This document shows, piece after piece, positions 1 through 6,935 of a stretch of DNA of 40,391 nucleotides (positions are counted from its first letter, which is position 1; each line of letters begins with the position of its first letter). Both the position numbers and the translations under genes were made by a program. The DNA is from a virus (Duplodnaviria > Caudoviricetes): positions 1 to 40,391 of IMG/VR virus record IMGVR_UViG_3300030100_001240; one strand, written 5' to 3'. Under the pieces are notes generated by a model. That model searched no databases. It saw only the letters and a program-made list of their open reading frames with translations, and had not been told where the DNA came from.

Positions 1-96
1 ATCTTCAATTGCTGCGCTCATAAATCACTCCGTAGTTAGTTGCCGTATAACAACAACAGGCAGCGCGACACTGCGTGCGCCTGCTGTAAGGGTTAT
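1..96 (+). repeat. Exact copy of 39970-40065 (end of cassette C plus its attC)
   Basis: Identical through ...TAAGGGTTAT, then diverges (AACTCC vs GTGCGC). Confidence 0.95.
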
Positions 97-98
97 AA
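45..98 (+). other. attC-like site of cassette C (second copy, joined to cassette E)
   Basis: GTATAAC-AACAA-CAG[G]CAGC...CCTGCTG-TAAGG-GTTATAA. Confidence 0.85.
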
Positions 99-101
99 CT
101 C

Positions 102-344
102 CTATCGGGCGCAAACAAACTTGTCGCCAGCTTTAAGTATTTTCACAGGCTGGTTCATATCCCGCCGCTCGGTGTATTGGTCGTGCAGATTGTTCAGGTC
201 TAATATCACCTTCACGTTCTGCTTTTTGAGCGTGTCATAGTGATGCCCGCATACAAAAAAGCTCTCACGATCTTTGGATGTTGCGGTGTCGCCTTCGCGC
301 ATATCTGACAGCTTTTCGTACTTTTCAATAAATTCTACATTCAC
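102..344 (-). CDS. Cassette E hypothetical protein (80 aa)
   Basis: 3' part of ORF 102..485; GTG start at 344 preceded by AAGGAG; lies inside cassette 93-405. Confidence 0.7.
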   Translation of the reverse strand: MNVEFIEKYEKLSDMREGDTATSKDRESFFVCGHHYDTLKKQNVKVILDLNNLHDQYTERRDMNQPVKILKAGDKFVCAR

Positions 345-363
345 AGCTTGTCTCCTTAATGCG

Positions 364-411
364 TTATAACAATCACAGGCACGGGACAGGCCCGTGCTGT
401 GGGGGTTAGGC
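364..411 (+). other. attC-like site of cassette E (48 bp, very short)
   Basis: TTATAAC-AATCA-CAG[G]CACG-GGACAGGCC-CGTGCTG-TGGGG-GTTAGGC. Confidence 0.85.
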
Positions 412-735
412 GTGATTTCTACCGGTTTCGCAGTGGTGGCATTGCTTTTCGCCGCCCCTGAATTTGTATCGTTGGTGTATGCCAAGCCAGCGGCACAGTT
501 TGGGATTAATGTGCACGTAGGCGAAGTTGGTCACGGCGGTATGCCACTTCTTGCTGCGGTTAAAGGTGATGGATTTGGAGTACTGCATCCAACCGCGAGG
601 GCGCACTGTAATTTCATAGCGCAACGGGTTTAGCCACCACTTCAACGGCACGCATCGTCTTGGTATGTCCGCATCGCCAATCATGTAGATCAGGATGGCG
701 CGGGTATTCAAAACCATCTGTTCTGGGCAATTCAT
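406..735 (-). CDS. Cassette F hypothetical protein with C-terminal CxxC
   Basis: ORF 406..801; likely ATG at 735 after GAGAGG; stop TAA overlaps the GTTA core at 405. Confidence 0.65.
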   Translation of the reverse strand: MNCPEQMVLNTRAILIYMIGDADIPRRCVPLKWWLNPLRYEITVRPRGWMQYSKSITFNRSKKWHTAVTNFAYVHINPKLCRWLGIHQRYKFRGGEKQCHHCETGRNHA

Positions 736-756
736 ATTTTCAACCTCTCTAAAAAC

Positions 757-827
757 GCCTAGCAACGGTAGGCTGTCGGACTTCGTTACGCTGCGCTTCA
801 CTGCGCAGTTGCTATTGGGGGTTAGTT
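757..827 (+). other. Degenerate attC-like site of cassette F
   Basis: R'' is GCCTAGC (AAC changed to AGC) and L' pairs poorly; 5' ~45 nt nearly identical to the attC at 39585. Confidence 0.7.
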
Positions 828-998
828 GCCTTCCTTAATTTTTGCTTTGAGTTTCGCGTTCTCAATACGTAGCCGCTTGTTCTCTGCTTCCAGCTCGCGC
901 TTTTGCTGTCGGCGCTCGTAACGGCTGCCCCATACTTCAGTCGCAGCCGTGGAACTTTCATTGCATTGCCGGTTTATCGGCATCGGCGGGTATCTCAT
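822..998 (-). CDS. Cassette G small coiled-coil protein (58 aa, MRYPPMPINRQC...KIKEGN)
   Basis: Translated by hand (below the ORF-track cutoff); GAGGA RBS; stop overlaps the GTTA core at 821. Confidence 0.7.
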   Translation of the reverse strand: MRYPPMPINRQCNESSTAATEVWGSRYERRQQKRELEAENKRLRIENAKLKAKIKEGN

Positions 999-1033
999 AT
1001 TGTAAATCCTCTATTCACGTTCAAGTTTTTGGC

Positions 1034-1101
1034 AACTAACAACACGCTATTGCCGGACTGCCTACGCTTCGCTTCGGCAGCCGCAAAGCTGGGGGTTAGC
1101 A
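1034..1101 (+). other. attC-like site of cassette G
   Basis: AACTAAC-AACAC-GCT[A]TTGC...GCAAAGC-TGGGG-GTTAGCA. Confidence 0.85.
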
Positions 1102-1353
1102 GGCCAACTGTGCCCGGCAAATTTCAAGCTGGCGCCCTATCGAAAGGCCAGTCTTTTCTTTGTGCGCAACGAGCTGATCAGCAAGTATTTGTGGTGTCAG
1201 GTCGCACGCCTCCATGGTCAGTTTCATAAATTCCTTTTTGTCTTTCTCATCCATCCATGACTCGAACATCGGCTCAAAGATCAGTTTCGCAATCTCATCA
1301 GGCCGCGTTAACAACTCGGTCAAATCGGACTCACTACGCTTCGCTTCGTTCAC
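1096..1353 (-). CDS. Cassette H hypothetical protein (start codon lies inside its attC)
   Basis: GGAGG-6 nt-GTG inside attC 1306-1373; stop overlaps the core at 1095. Confidence 0.7.
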   Translation of the reverse strand: MNEAKRSESDLTELLTRPDEIAKLIFEPMFESWMDEKDKKEFMKLTMEACDLTPQILADQLVAHKEKTGLSIGRQLEICRAQLAC

Positions 1354-1373
1354 CGTTCACCTCCGGGTTATGG
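1306..1373 (+). other. attC-like site of cassette H
   Basis: CGTTAAC-AACTC-GGT[C]AAAT...GTTCACC-TCCGG-GTTATGG. Confidence 0.8.
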
Positions 1374-1649
1374 GGCTTGCAGTATCCGGCCAAGCCGCAA
1401 TATGTGTACCGCTTCGCCTTCAGGCGCGCCCCATTCAGTTATTCCAGGTCCACCCAGGTGCTCGCCCAGTTCGATCAGCATAGTTGGCGAGGTCGGGCTG
1501 TAGCCGTTGCGAAATTGGATCGCGTCAAACTTTTTATTGTTCAGCCGGCGATTCCAATACGGCTTCATCTCGCGGTATTCCTCTTTCTTCTCGCCGCTGG
1601 CTATCATGTCAAACCAGCGCTTTTTCAATGTAAGGTGTAGCACTTTCAT
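1368..1649 (-). CDS. ASCH/PUA-like domain protein
   Basis: LHLTLKKRWFDMIASGEKKEEYRE...FRNGY motif. Confidence 0.8.
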   Translation of the reverse strand: MKVLHLTLKKRWFDMIASGEKKEEYREMKPYWNRRLNNKKFDAIQFRNGYSPTSPTMLIELGEHLGGPGITEWGAPEGEAVHILRLGRILQAP

Positions 1650-1658
1650 ATTTCGACC

Positions 1659-1979
1659 CTACGCTGTTGGATGCGGCGCAATCACGCTCAGGTCGATCTG
1701 AGCGCCGTTGCCAATATTAAAATTCCAGGCCACGCGCCCGTGAGGCTTCTGCTCTGCTTCGCTGAGTTCGGCGCCCGGAAAAACCAGCGTTATATAACTT
1801 TCAAGCCTTTTCAGGAGCTGGTCGAGGCTTGCAGCCTGTTTCGTCCAAGCGACTGCGATGCAATCCATATCTGTTGCTAAGCTGCCGTGCAGTGCGAGTG
1901 CATACCCGCACTCTCTGGCTACCTCGCACATGCCGGGATAGAGCGTCACGTAAGCTGGGGCAATATTTGGTGCTTTCAT
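1659..1979 (-). CDS. Conserved phage protein with nucleotidyltransferase-like motif
   Basis: GYALALHGS...DMDCIAVAW; ATGA overlap with the upstream gene. Confidence 0.5.
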   Translation of the reverse strand: MKAPNIAPAYVTLYPGMCEVARECGYALALHGSLATDMDCIAVAWTKQAASLDQLLKRLESYITLVFPGAELSEAEQKPHGRVAWNFNIGNGAQIDLSVIAPHPTA

Positions 1980-2401
1980 CGCAGCGCTCGCGCCTCTTCC
2001 ATCTGAATCGCTCTGCTTATAGCATCCGCCGCTTCGCTTAAATCCTGAGCCGTATCGCCCTTGCCGCGAATACCTGAGCACAACAGCTTTTTGATGGCAT
2101 GCTGTCTGGCGGGGCAGGTTACGCTGAATGCGTCAAGCACTGCATAAACATCAGCTTTGCCGTCTACAAGGCAGCGCATGGGGCGGAGGTATTTTGAGCC
2201 GCTGGAATTGAACGGTTCGCTGAGGCTCGTGATGCGGCGCGTGTTCCAGTGTTCGAGGCGCGCGCAGGTGTCACAGTCAAGGCATTCGATGCCTGCGTGC
2301 TCGCCGTCATCATCAGAAAACATAATTTCGGAGTGCCTGATGTTGGTGCTGCTGCAAAATGGGCATGGCAACAGAGTTGAGGTTTCAGTTGCATTGTTCA
2401 T
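1976..2401 (-). CDS. Lar-like zinc ribbon fused to DUF3310-like domain
   Basis: LLPCPFC...CLDC at the N-terminus; DVYAVLDAF...QHAIKKLLCSGIRGKGDTAQDL at the C-terminus. Confidence 0.6.
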   Translation of the reverse strand: MNNATETSTLLPCPFCSSTNIRHSEIMFSDDDGEHAGIECLDCDTCARLEHWNTRRITSLSEPFNSSGSKYLRPMRCLVDGKADVYAVLDAFSVTCPARQHAIKKLLCSGIRGKGDTAQDLSEAADAISRAIQMEEARALR

Positions 2402-2658
2402 GGCAATAGGCCCGCCGGTGGCCAGGGCAGGCCACGCCATCGCGTGTGTCCTCGGCTCATGAGCCAGTTGCGGCTCTGCCGGCGAAGCTCGTAGGGAATC
2501 ACTGTTAGTTCAACGCGCACCTGATGCATTGATATTTCCAGAATCTCATCGCTGGTGTTGCGCGCGCTAGCGTAGCCCTTTTCAATTAAGGCTTGCCGGT
2601 AGGCGGCGACGTCGAGGTCTATCACGGCTTTATGCCGTGGTGGCACTGTTACGTTCAA
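2398..2658 (-). CDS. Hypothetical phage protein
   Basis: ATGA-coupled ORF in the leftward operon. Confidence 0.6.
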   Translation of the reverse strand: MNVTVPPRHKAVIDLDVAAYRQALIEKGYASARNTSDEILEISMHQVRVELTVIPYELRRQSRNWLMSRGHTRWRGLPWPPAGLLP

Positions 2659-3254
2659 TGGTGTTCCTCCTGCGCAATTGTTTCGGCGGGTGGTCCCACT
2701 CGCATGGTGGTGTTCTGTCCGGTCGCATTGGCAAACCAGTTGAGGCAGGCGGCACCGCAGGTGATGATGTGGTGGCGGTACTTTTCTGTATCGCCGTAGC
2801 GTTCTGCCTGGGTGGCTTTGGTGGCGAGGTAGCCGATCAGCCAGAGCCAGTTGTCGGGGCTTTTGCCTTCGTCGTGTTCGGTGCCCCAGCGGTAGCGTTG
2901 ATGCCGCGCCTCGTTGCTGATGGCGGTTAAAAAATCCTCTATTTCTGGCGTGTTAATCCGCTCCAGTTGTGAGCGCAGCAAATCAAGTTCGCAGTAGGGG
3001 CAGCCGGTGGCGCCCTTGCCGCCAGACTCAAGATGCTCGTGTGAGCTGCACCACTGGCTGCGTGGCTTGTGCTGTTCGTTTGGTGTACGCGTGTCTTGAG
3101 GCAGGGCATGCCAGCGCTTTTCGGTGAACCACAGGCGGTCGCCGCACGTGTCGCATCGGGCGTGTACGATTGGCTCTGGATACATCTTGGGGTTTAGCTG
3201 AAAGTCGGGTTGGCCTTCGGCATTTTTGCTGGGTATCCAGTAGTGCTTGTGCAT
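2655..3254 (-). CDS. Hypothetical protein: Cys/His motifs plus possible MazG-like helical C-terminal domain
   Basis: CDTC and CPYC; EARHQRYRWGTEHDEGKSPDNWLWLI...HIITCGAACLNW; AGGAG RBS. Confidence 0.55.
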   Translation of the reverse strand: MHKHYWIPSKNAEGQPDFQLNPKMYPEPIVHARCDTCGDRLWFTEKRWHALPQDTRTPNEQHKPRSQWCSSHEHLESGGKGATGCPYCELDLLRSQLERINTPEIEDFLTAISNEARHQRYRWGTEHDEGKSPDNWLWLIGYLATKATQAERYGDTEKYRHHIITCGAACLNWFANATGQNTTMRVGPPAETIAQEEHH

Positions 3255-3284
3255 GTGATTTCTCCTGCTGCGGTGTTTGTTAAT

Positions 3285-4919
3285 TTACGCGGGCACGGGC
3301 TCCTTCTTTTTGGCGGACGCCTTTTTGCGGGGTGCAGCCTTTGTCTTGGTGGCGGATTTTGGTTTCGCCTTCGCCTTCGGTTTGGCTTTAGGTTTGGGCG
3401 CCGGCGGGTACAGCTCGTTCTCTACCTCCTCGCGAGTCGGTCGATTTTTTTCGAGCTTGATGTTGTAGGTTTCCAGGAGTGCATCGATTGGAAAATGGGA
3501 TGCACTCCAGTTTGATAGCCCGAGTGGGTGTCTGTGGAATTCGTCTCCGTCCTCGGGTACTAGGCAGGCTTTTAGCAGTTCGGAAATTTTAATGGCGGGG
3601 TGCTCGCGGGCGGGCTTCTTCAGGTCTACCGTTGTCACGCACAGCAGCTTGAATATCGCGCGTATTTTTTTCTGTGCGACCTGCACTTCTTTGGCGCTGT
3701 ATTCGTCGGGATCATCAACGATATCGAAAATGCCGGACTCTCGAATAGCGAACATTGCCATGATGTGCGTTGGCTCGTTAAGCGGCAGCGCTTTATTGAT
3801 TTCCTGCATGGCCTCTTCTACCCAGGCGCGGTGCCGCTGGCCAAATTCAGAATGAATTTTCATGTCGCGGTCGTAGCTATCCTGCCCGCGTAGTTCGCCG
3901 TTGGTTTTTTCCTTCGGCTCCTGCCTGCGTTTAGCGGCTTCTGCGACGGCCTTGGGCTGCACGAAGTCAACCTCTCGCTCTGCGATCGCGGCTGTGAAAT
4001 GTTTTACAGTCGGCTTCTCGTTGGTTTTAAATGCGGTGTTTGTCGCTTTCTGCACGGCACGGCTGGCGAGTTTGTTCTTTTCCTTGTAGCAGCTTGCCTG
4101 CAGGCACTGCGGCTTTTTTGGCTGGTCGTCGCTGAAGAGGTCCATGCGGTTGGCAGAGTTCTGCGGGCAGCTGCTGCAGGCGGGCTTGCCGGCAAACTCT
4201 GCATCGAGCTTCCAAGGGACTGCGCTCAGATCCTGCAGGCGAGACTCTACGGCGCGGCGGGTTTCGGCAATGGTTTTGGGTGGCGCTTTGGATTCGGTTC
4301 GCTCTCGGCCATTGAGCCAGCTGCACTCGCGGGCAGCCACTATGCCCAGCACTTCCTCCTGGGGCTCGTGCCCTGCCAAGCGGGCAATCAGTTGTGCATG
4401 CTGCAGATGAATGTCGCCATCCATAAAGGCCTGCTTTACGCGATCGGAGAGGCGGGCCATAGCCAGGCGTTTGTCTACCCACGTTTTGCTGCGGCCGATG
4501 CGTTGAGAAATTGCTTCCACCATGTCGAACTCGGTGCCGTTGCCCTGTTCGTCATGCTCGGTGCGGATGGTTTCGGCGAGATCCTCGCAAAAGCGAGCTT
4601 CTTCCAGCGGGTGAAGTTCTTTGCGTTCGAGATTCTCAATGGCCTGCAGGGCGCGAATCTCTTTCGGGGTAAGGCCTTTTACGATGAGCGCCGGGACCTG
4701 GCTGAGTCCTGCCATCAGTGCGTTGGCTTTGCGGCGAAAGCCAAACACCAGTGTGTAGCGGCCGTCGTCTTTCTGATTGACCTTTACGGGCTGCTGCACG
4801 CCGTTGGCCTGAATTGAGGCCTGCAGCTGTTCGTCGGCTGCCTTGTCGGTTACCAGGCGGTGGTTGTCTACGTCTTCGTCGATGAGGGCGATATCGATGT
4901 ATTCAAATTGTTCGGCCAT
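3285..4919 (-). CDS. ParB/RepB/Spo0J family protein with Lys/Ala-rich tail
   Basis: LQASIQANGVQQPV...GFRR...AIENLERKELHPLEEA, HTH, CxxC motifs, PKPKAKPKAKAK tail. Confidence 0.85.
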   Translation of the reverse strand: MAEQFEYIDIALIDEDVDNHRLVTDKAADEQLQASIQANGVQQPVKVNQKDDGRYTLVFGFRRKANALMAGLSQVPALIVKGLTPKEIRALQAIENLERKELHPLEEARFCEDLAETIRTEHDEQGNGTEFDMVEAISQRIGRSKTWVDKRLAMARLSDRVKQAFMDGDIHLQHAQLIARLAGHEPQEEVLGIVAARECSWLNGRERTESKAPPKTIAETRRAVESRLQDLSAVPWKLDAEFAGKPACSSCPQNSANRMDLFSDDQPKKPQCLQASCYKEKNKLASRAVQKATNTAFKTNEKPTVKHFTAAIAEREVDFVQPKAVAEAAKRRQEPKEKTNGELRGQDSYDRDMKIHSEFGQRHRAWVEEAMQEINKALPLNEPTHIMAMFAIRESGIFDIVDDPDEYSAKEVQVAQKKIRAIFKLLCVTTVDLKKPAREHPAIKISELLKACLVPEDGDEFHRHPLGLSNWSASHFPIDALLETYNIKLEKNRPTREEVENELYPPAPKPKAKPKAKAKPKSATKTKAAPRKKASAKKKEPVPA

Positions 4920-4941
4920 AAAATTCTCCGTTGGCGACAGG

Positions 4942-5208
4942 TCAAATGCTGTTGGTAAAAATCACGTCCAGCGCGGACGCAACCACAAAGCCCCAGATGA
5001 ACGGAAAGAGCCATGGCAGTTCCGGTTGCTCGTCAGTGTGCTGGTGGTTCTGGTCGGCGCGGCTCGGTGATATCGGCGCTCGGCACGATGGCGAAACGTG
5101 AATGACGATTCGTTCTTTGGCAGGCCGTGGTTTAAGCGGTAGCGGCGTGACATTGTGGGCGCACGGGCTTTTTACTACGCTGAGCTTGGGGCGGCGCTTG
5201 TTGTTCAT
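4942..5208 (-). CDS. Hypothetical protein with C-terminal TM helix
   Basis: WLFPFIWGFVVASALDVIF; coupled to the upstream gene. Confidence 0.5.
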   Translation of the reverse strand: MNNKRRPKLSVVKSPCAHNVTPLPLKPRPAKERIVIHVSPSCRAPISPSRADQNHQHTDEQPELPWLFPFIWGFVVASALDVIFTNSI

Positions 5209-5420
5209 GACAGGCTCCTCTGGCGCTGCTGGGTGCGGTTCAGCGTGGTGTCGCTAAGGGGCACAAAGCCCCTGCTGAATTCGCTGTCGATCTGTTTGAT
5301 GTGCCCGCCGGTGCGCAGGTACGCTTCAACATCTTTTTCAATCAAAGCTCGGCGCCTGGCTGAGCTGGTCGTTGTCGGCAGTTGGTCTGCATGGTTTGGG
5401 CGTAGCTTGGTCCAGTTCAT
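5205..5420 (-). CDS. SutA-like RNA polymerase-binding domain protein
   Basis: RRALIEKDVEAYLRTGGHIKQI resembles the SutA core motif. Confidence 0.55.
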   Translation of the reverse strand: MNWTKLRPNHADQLPTTTSSARRRALIEKDVEAYLRTGGHIKQIDSEFSRGFVPLSDTTLNRTQQRQRSLS

Positions 5421-5439
5421 GGCGTGCCTCTCTTTGTGG

Positions 5440-5604
5440 TTACCAGTGGTTCAGGCCGGTGCACCAGCCGGTGATGAAACTTTGCATTTGCCTGCTGCTT
5501 TCCTGCAGTTGTGCTGCGCAGGCGGCTTTGGTTCTATGCTCCACGCTGACAACCGCATGCCCGTTTGAGGTTTGCAGCAATACCAGCAGGAGCCAGGTGG
5601 TCAT
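5440..5604 (-). CDS. Small exported protein (54 aa, MTTWLLLVLLQ...two Cys)
   Basis: Translated by hand; GGAG RBS; hydrophobic N-terminus. Confidence 0.5.
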   Translation of the reverse strand: MTTWLLLVLLQTSNGHAVVSVEHRTKAACAAQLQESSRQMQSFITGWCTGLNHW

Positions 5605-5616
5605 GATTGCTCCGTT

Positions 5617-5638
5617 AAAAAAGCCCGGTTACCCGGGC
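5617..5638 (-). terminator. Intrinsic terminator
   Basis: GCCCGG-GTAA-CCGGGC-TTTTTT on the minus strand. Confidence 0.7.
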
Positions 5639-5853
5639 GACCCTGGATGGTTCTGTTGGTAGTGGTCATTGCACAGTGCCGCTGCCTCGGCCGGATCGTC
5701 GGTAACGTCGAGCATCTGCCACGGTGTTGCTCGACCCTTCGCCGGCGCCCACGCCATGTACATCGGTTGACCCAGCACGAGCGACTTGCTCACTCGGTAG
5801 CCCTTGTCGCTCTGGCTGTACCACTTGGTTTTTCTCGTCCATTTCATCTGCAA
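5629..5853 (-). CDS. Hypothetical phage protein
   Basis: MKWTRKTKWY...YRVSK...YMAWAP; ends at the terminator. Confidence 0.55.
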   Translation of the reverse strand: MQMKWTRKTKWYSQSDKGYRVSKSLVLGQPMYMAWAPAKGRATPWQMLDVTDDPAEAAALCNDHYQQNHPGSPG

Positions 5854-6091
5854 TTTCCTGCAGCAACGCCATGCCTGGTTCTGTTACCAGCGTGACGGCG
5901 TAGTAGCGCTGTATGGTGGTGCCCTTCAGGTTGTAGCTGCGCTGCTCTACCCGAAAATATCCCGCATCGATGTAGCGCGTGAGGGCGATGTTTTTGCCCC
6001 CAAGAATTCGGCGCTGGCGCAGCTCTCGGTACAGTTTTTTGCTGCCTATGCCGAGCCGTTGTGCGGCTTCATCAATCCGGATATTGGTCAT
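5666..6091 (-). CDS. Antirepressor KilAC (ANT) domain protein
   Basis: IDEAAQRLGIGSKKLYRELRQRRIL...YIDAGYFRV...TLVTEPGMALL; GGGGAG RBS. Confidence 0.8.
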   Translation of the reverse strand: MTNIRIDEAAQRLGIGSKKLYRELRQRRILGGKNIALTRYIDAGYFRVEQRSYNLKGTTIQRYYAVTLVTEPGMALLQEIADEMDEKNQVVQPERQGLPSEQVARAGSTDVHGVGAGEGSSNTVADARRYRRSGRGSGTVQ

Positions 6092-6102
6092 GGCTCCCCC
6101 TG

Positions 6103-6285
6103 TCAGGTGAGTGTGTGTTCCATGTTGGCCAGTGCGCGCAGCACGGCTTCCCGGTGCCGTATCCACACCGCCCCGCTGTGGTTGGCATGCAACCAGAGCA
6201 TGACTTTGAGCGCGGCCAGGCACTGATACCGGTGGCCGGGTATGCGCTCGGCTCTGTAAATTTGCGAGGGTGTGGTGTGCATCAT
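6103..6285 (-). CDS. Hypothetical protein (MMHTTPSQIYRAER...)
   Basis: Coupled to the Lar gene; 5' end is duplicated at 6899-6938. Confidence 0.5.
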   Translation of the reverse strand: MMHTTPSQIYRAERIPGHRYQCLAALKVMLWLHANHSGAVWIRHREAVLRALANMEHTLT

Positions 6286-6497
6286 CAGACGCATCTCCTT
6301 TCCCATCCCTCTTCGGCTTGCTGGTCGGCATGCTCATGGCCGCTCGGGTATTCATCGGGCGGGTACACAAAAACCGGGCCGCCAGCGCCGCAGGTCGAGC
6401 ATGTTATTCTTACTATGTTGTGCCCATACGGATGGCTGCCGTAAGCAGGGCCAACGTTGTGGCTATTGCAAAAGGGGCAGGGCTTCATGACGAGCAC
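6285..6497 (-). CDS. Lar family restriction-alleviation protein
   Basis: MKPCPFC...RITCSTCGAGGP...AEEGW. Confidence 0.7.
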   Translation of the reverse strand: MLVMKPCPFCNSHNVGPAYGSHPYGHNIVRITCSTCGAGGPVFVYPPDEYPSGHEHADQQAEEGWERRCV

Positions 6498-6876
6498 CTC
6501 TTGGAAAAACGAAATTAATTATCCTCGGCGGGCCTGCTCTAAGTGCGCAAAGACAGCGTGGAAAGTAGGGTTCTACGTTGATGCCGGTGGCCAGCCTAAA
6601 TACCCATTCATATGCGCCGCGTGTGGTCACAGAACTGCGCAATTTGCAAAGCGTAGGGCTGTTGAGCGCTCCGGGCTGGACGTAGACACGGGGCACCCGA
6701 GGCAGCTGCCCCGAGTATGCGAAGTTTGCGGGTGTGCCGGGGCTGAGAGACATCACTGGGCGCCCAGTGCGCTTTTTGGTGTCGAGGCTGAGCGCTGGCC
6801 AACATCCTATTTGTGCCAGAGTTGCCATGCGCGATGGCATACCCTCGTTACGCCGAACATGCGATACGACGACTGA
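6487..6876 (+). CDS. Zinc-binding HNH-like protein, antisense to the operon
   Basis: CSKC, CAAC, CEVCG...ERHHW...LCQSCHARWH. Confidence 0.6.
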   Translation: MTSTSWKNEINYPRRACSKCAKTAWKVGFYVDAGGQPKYPFICAACGHRTAQFAKRRAVERSGLDVDTGHPRQLPRVCEVCGCAGAERHHWAPSALFGVEAERWPTSYLCQSCHARWHTLVTPNMRYDD

Positions 6877-6935
6877 TTCCGTGCGCTGCCGGGTTGTTCG
6901 CTCGGCTCTGTAAATTTGCGAGGGTGTGGTGTGCA

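Noticed and set aside
35-44. GTTAGTTGCC inside cassette C, identical to the start of cassette G (821-830)
   Set aside because: Only 10 bp and overlapping the R'' flank; could be a scar but cannot be told from chance.
1-96. Physical direct terminal repeat of the virion DNA
   Set aside because: The second copy is internal (39970-40065), not at the right end, and the gp74-like HNH with P27 terminase implies cos ends near 13900. The repeat is better explained by cassette junctions.
1368-1660. ASCH gene as a ninth cassette
   Set aside because: It starts with a GTT core but no matching CCATAAC/attC follows the gene; treated as the right flank of the insertion site.
3999-4817. Long antisense ORFs (also 14883-15578, 22453-23172, 30949-31956)
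   Set aside because: Shadows of well-supported genes on the opposite strand in GC-rich DNA; no motifs or RBS.
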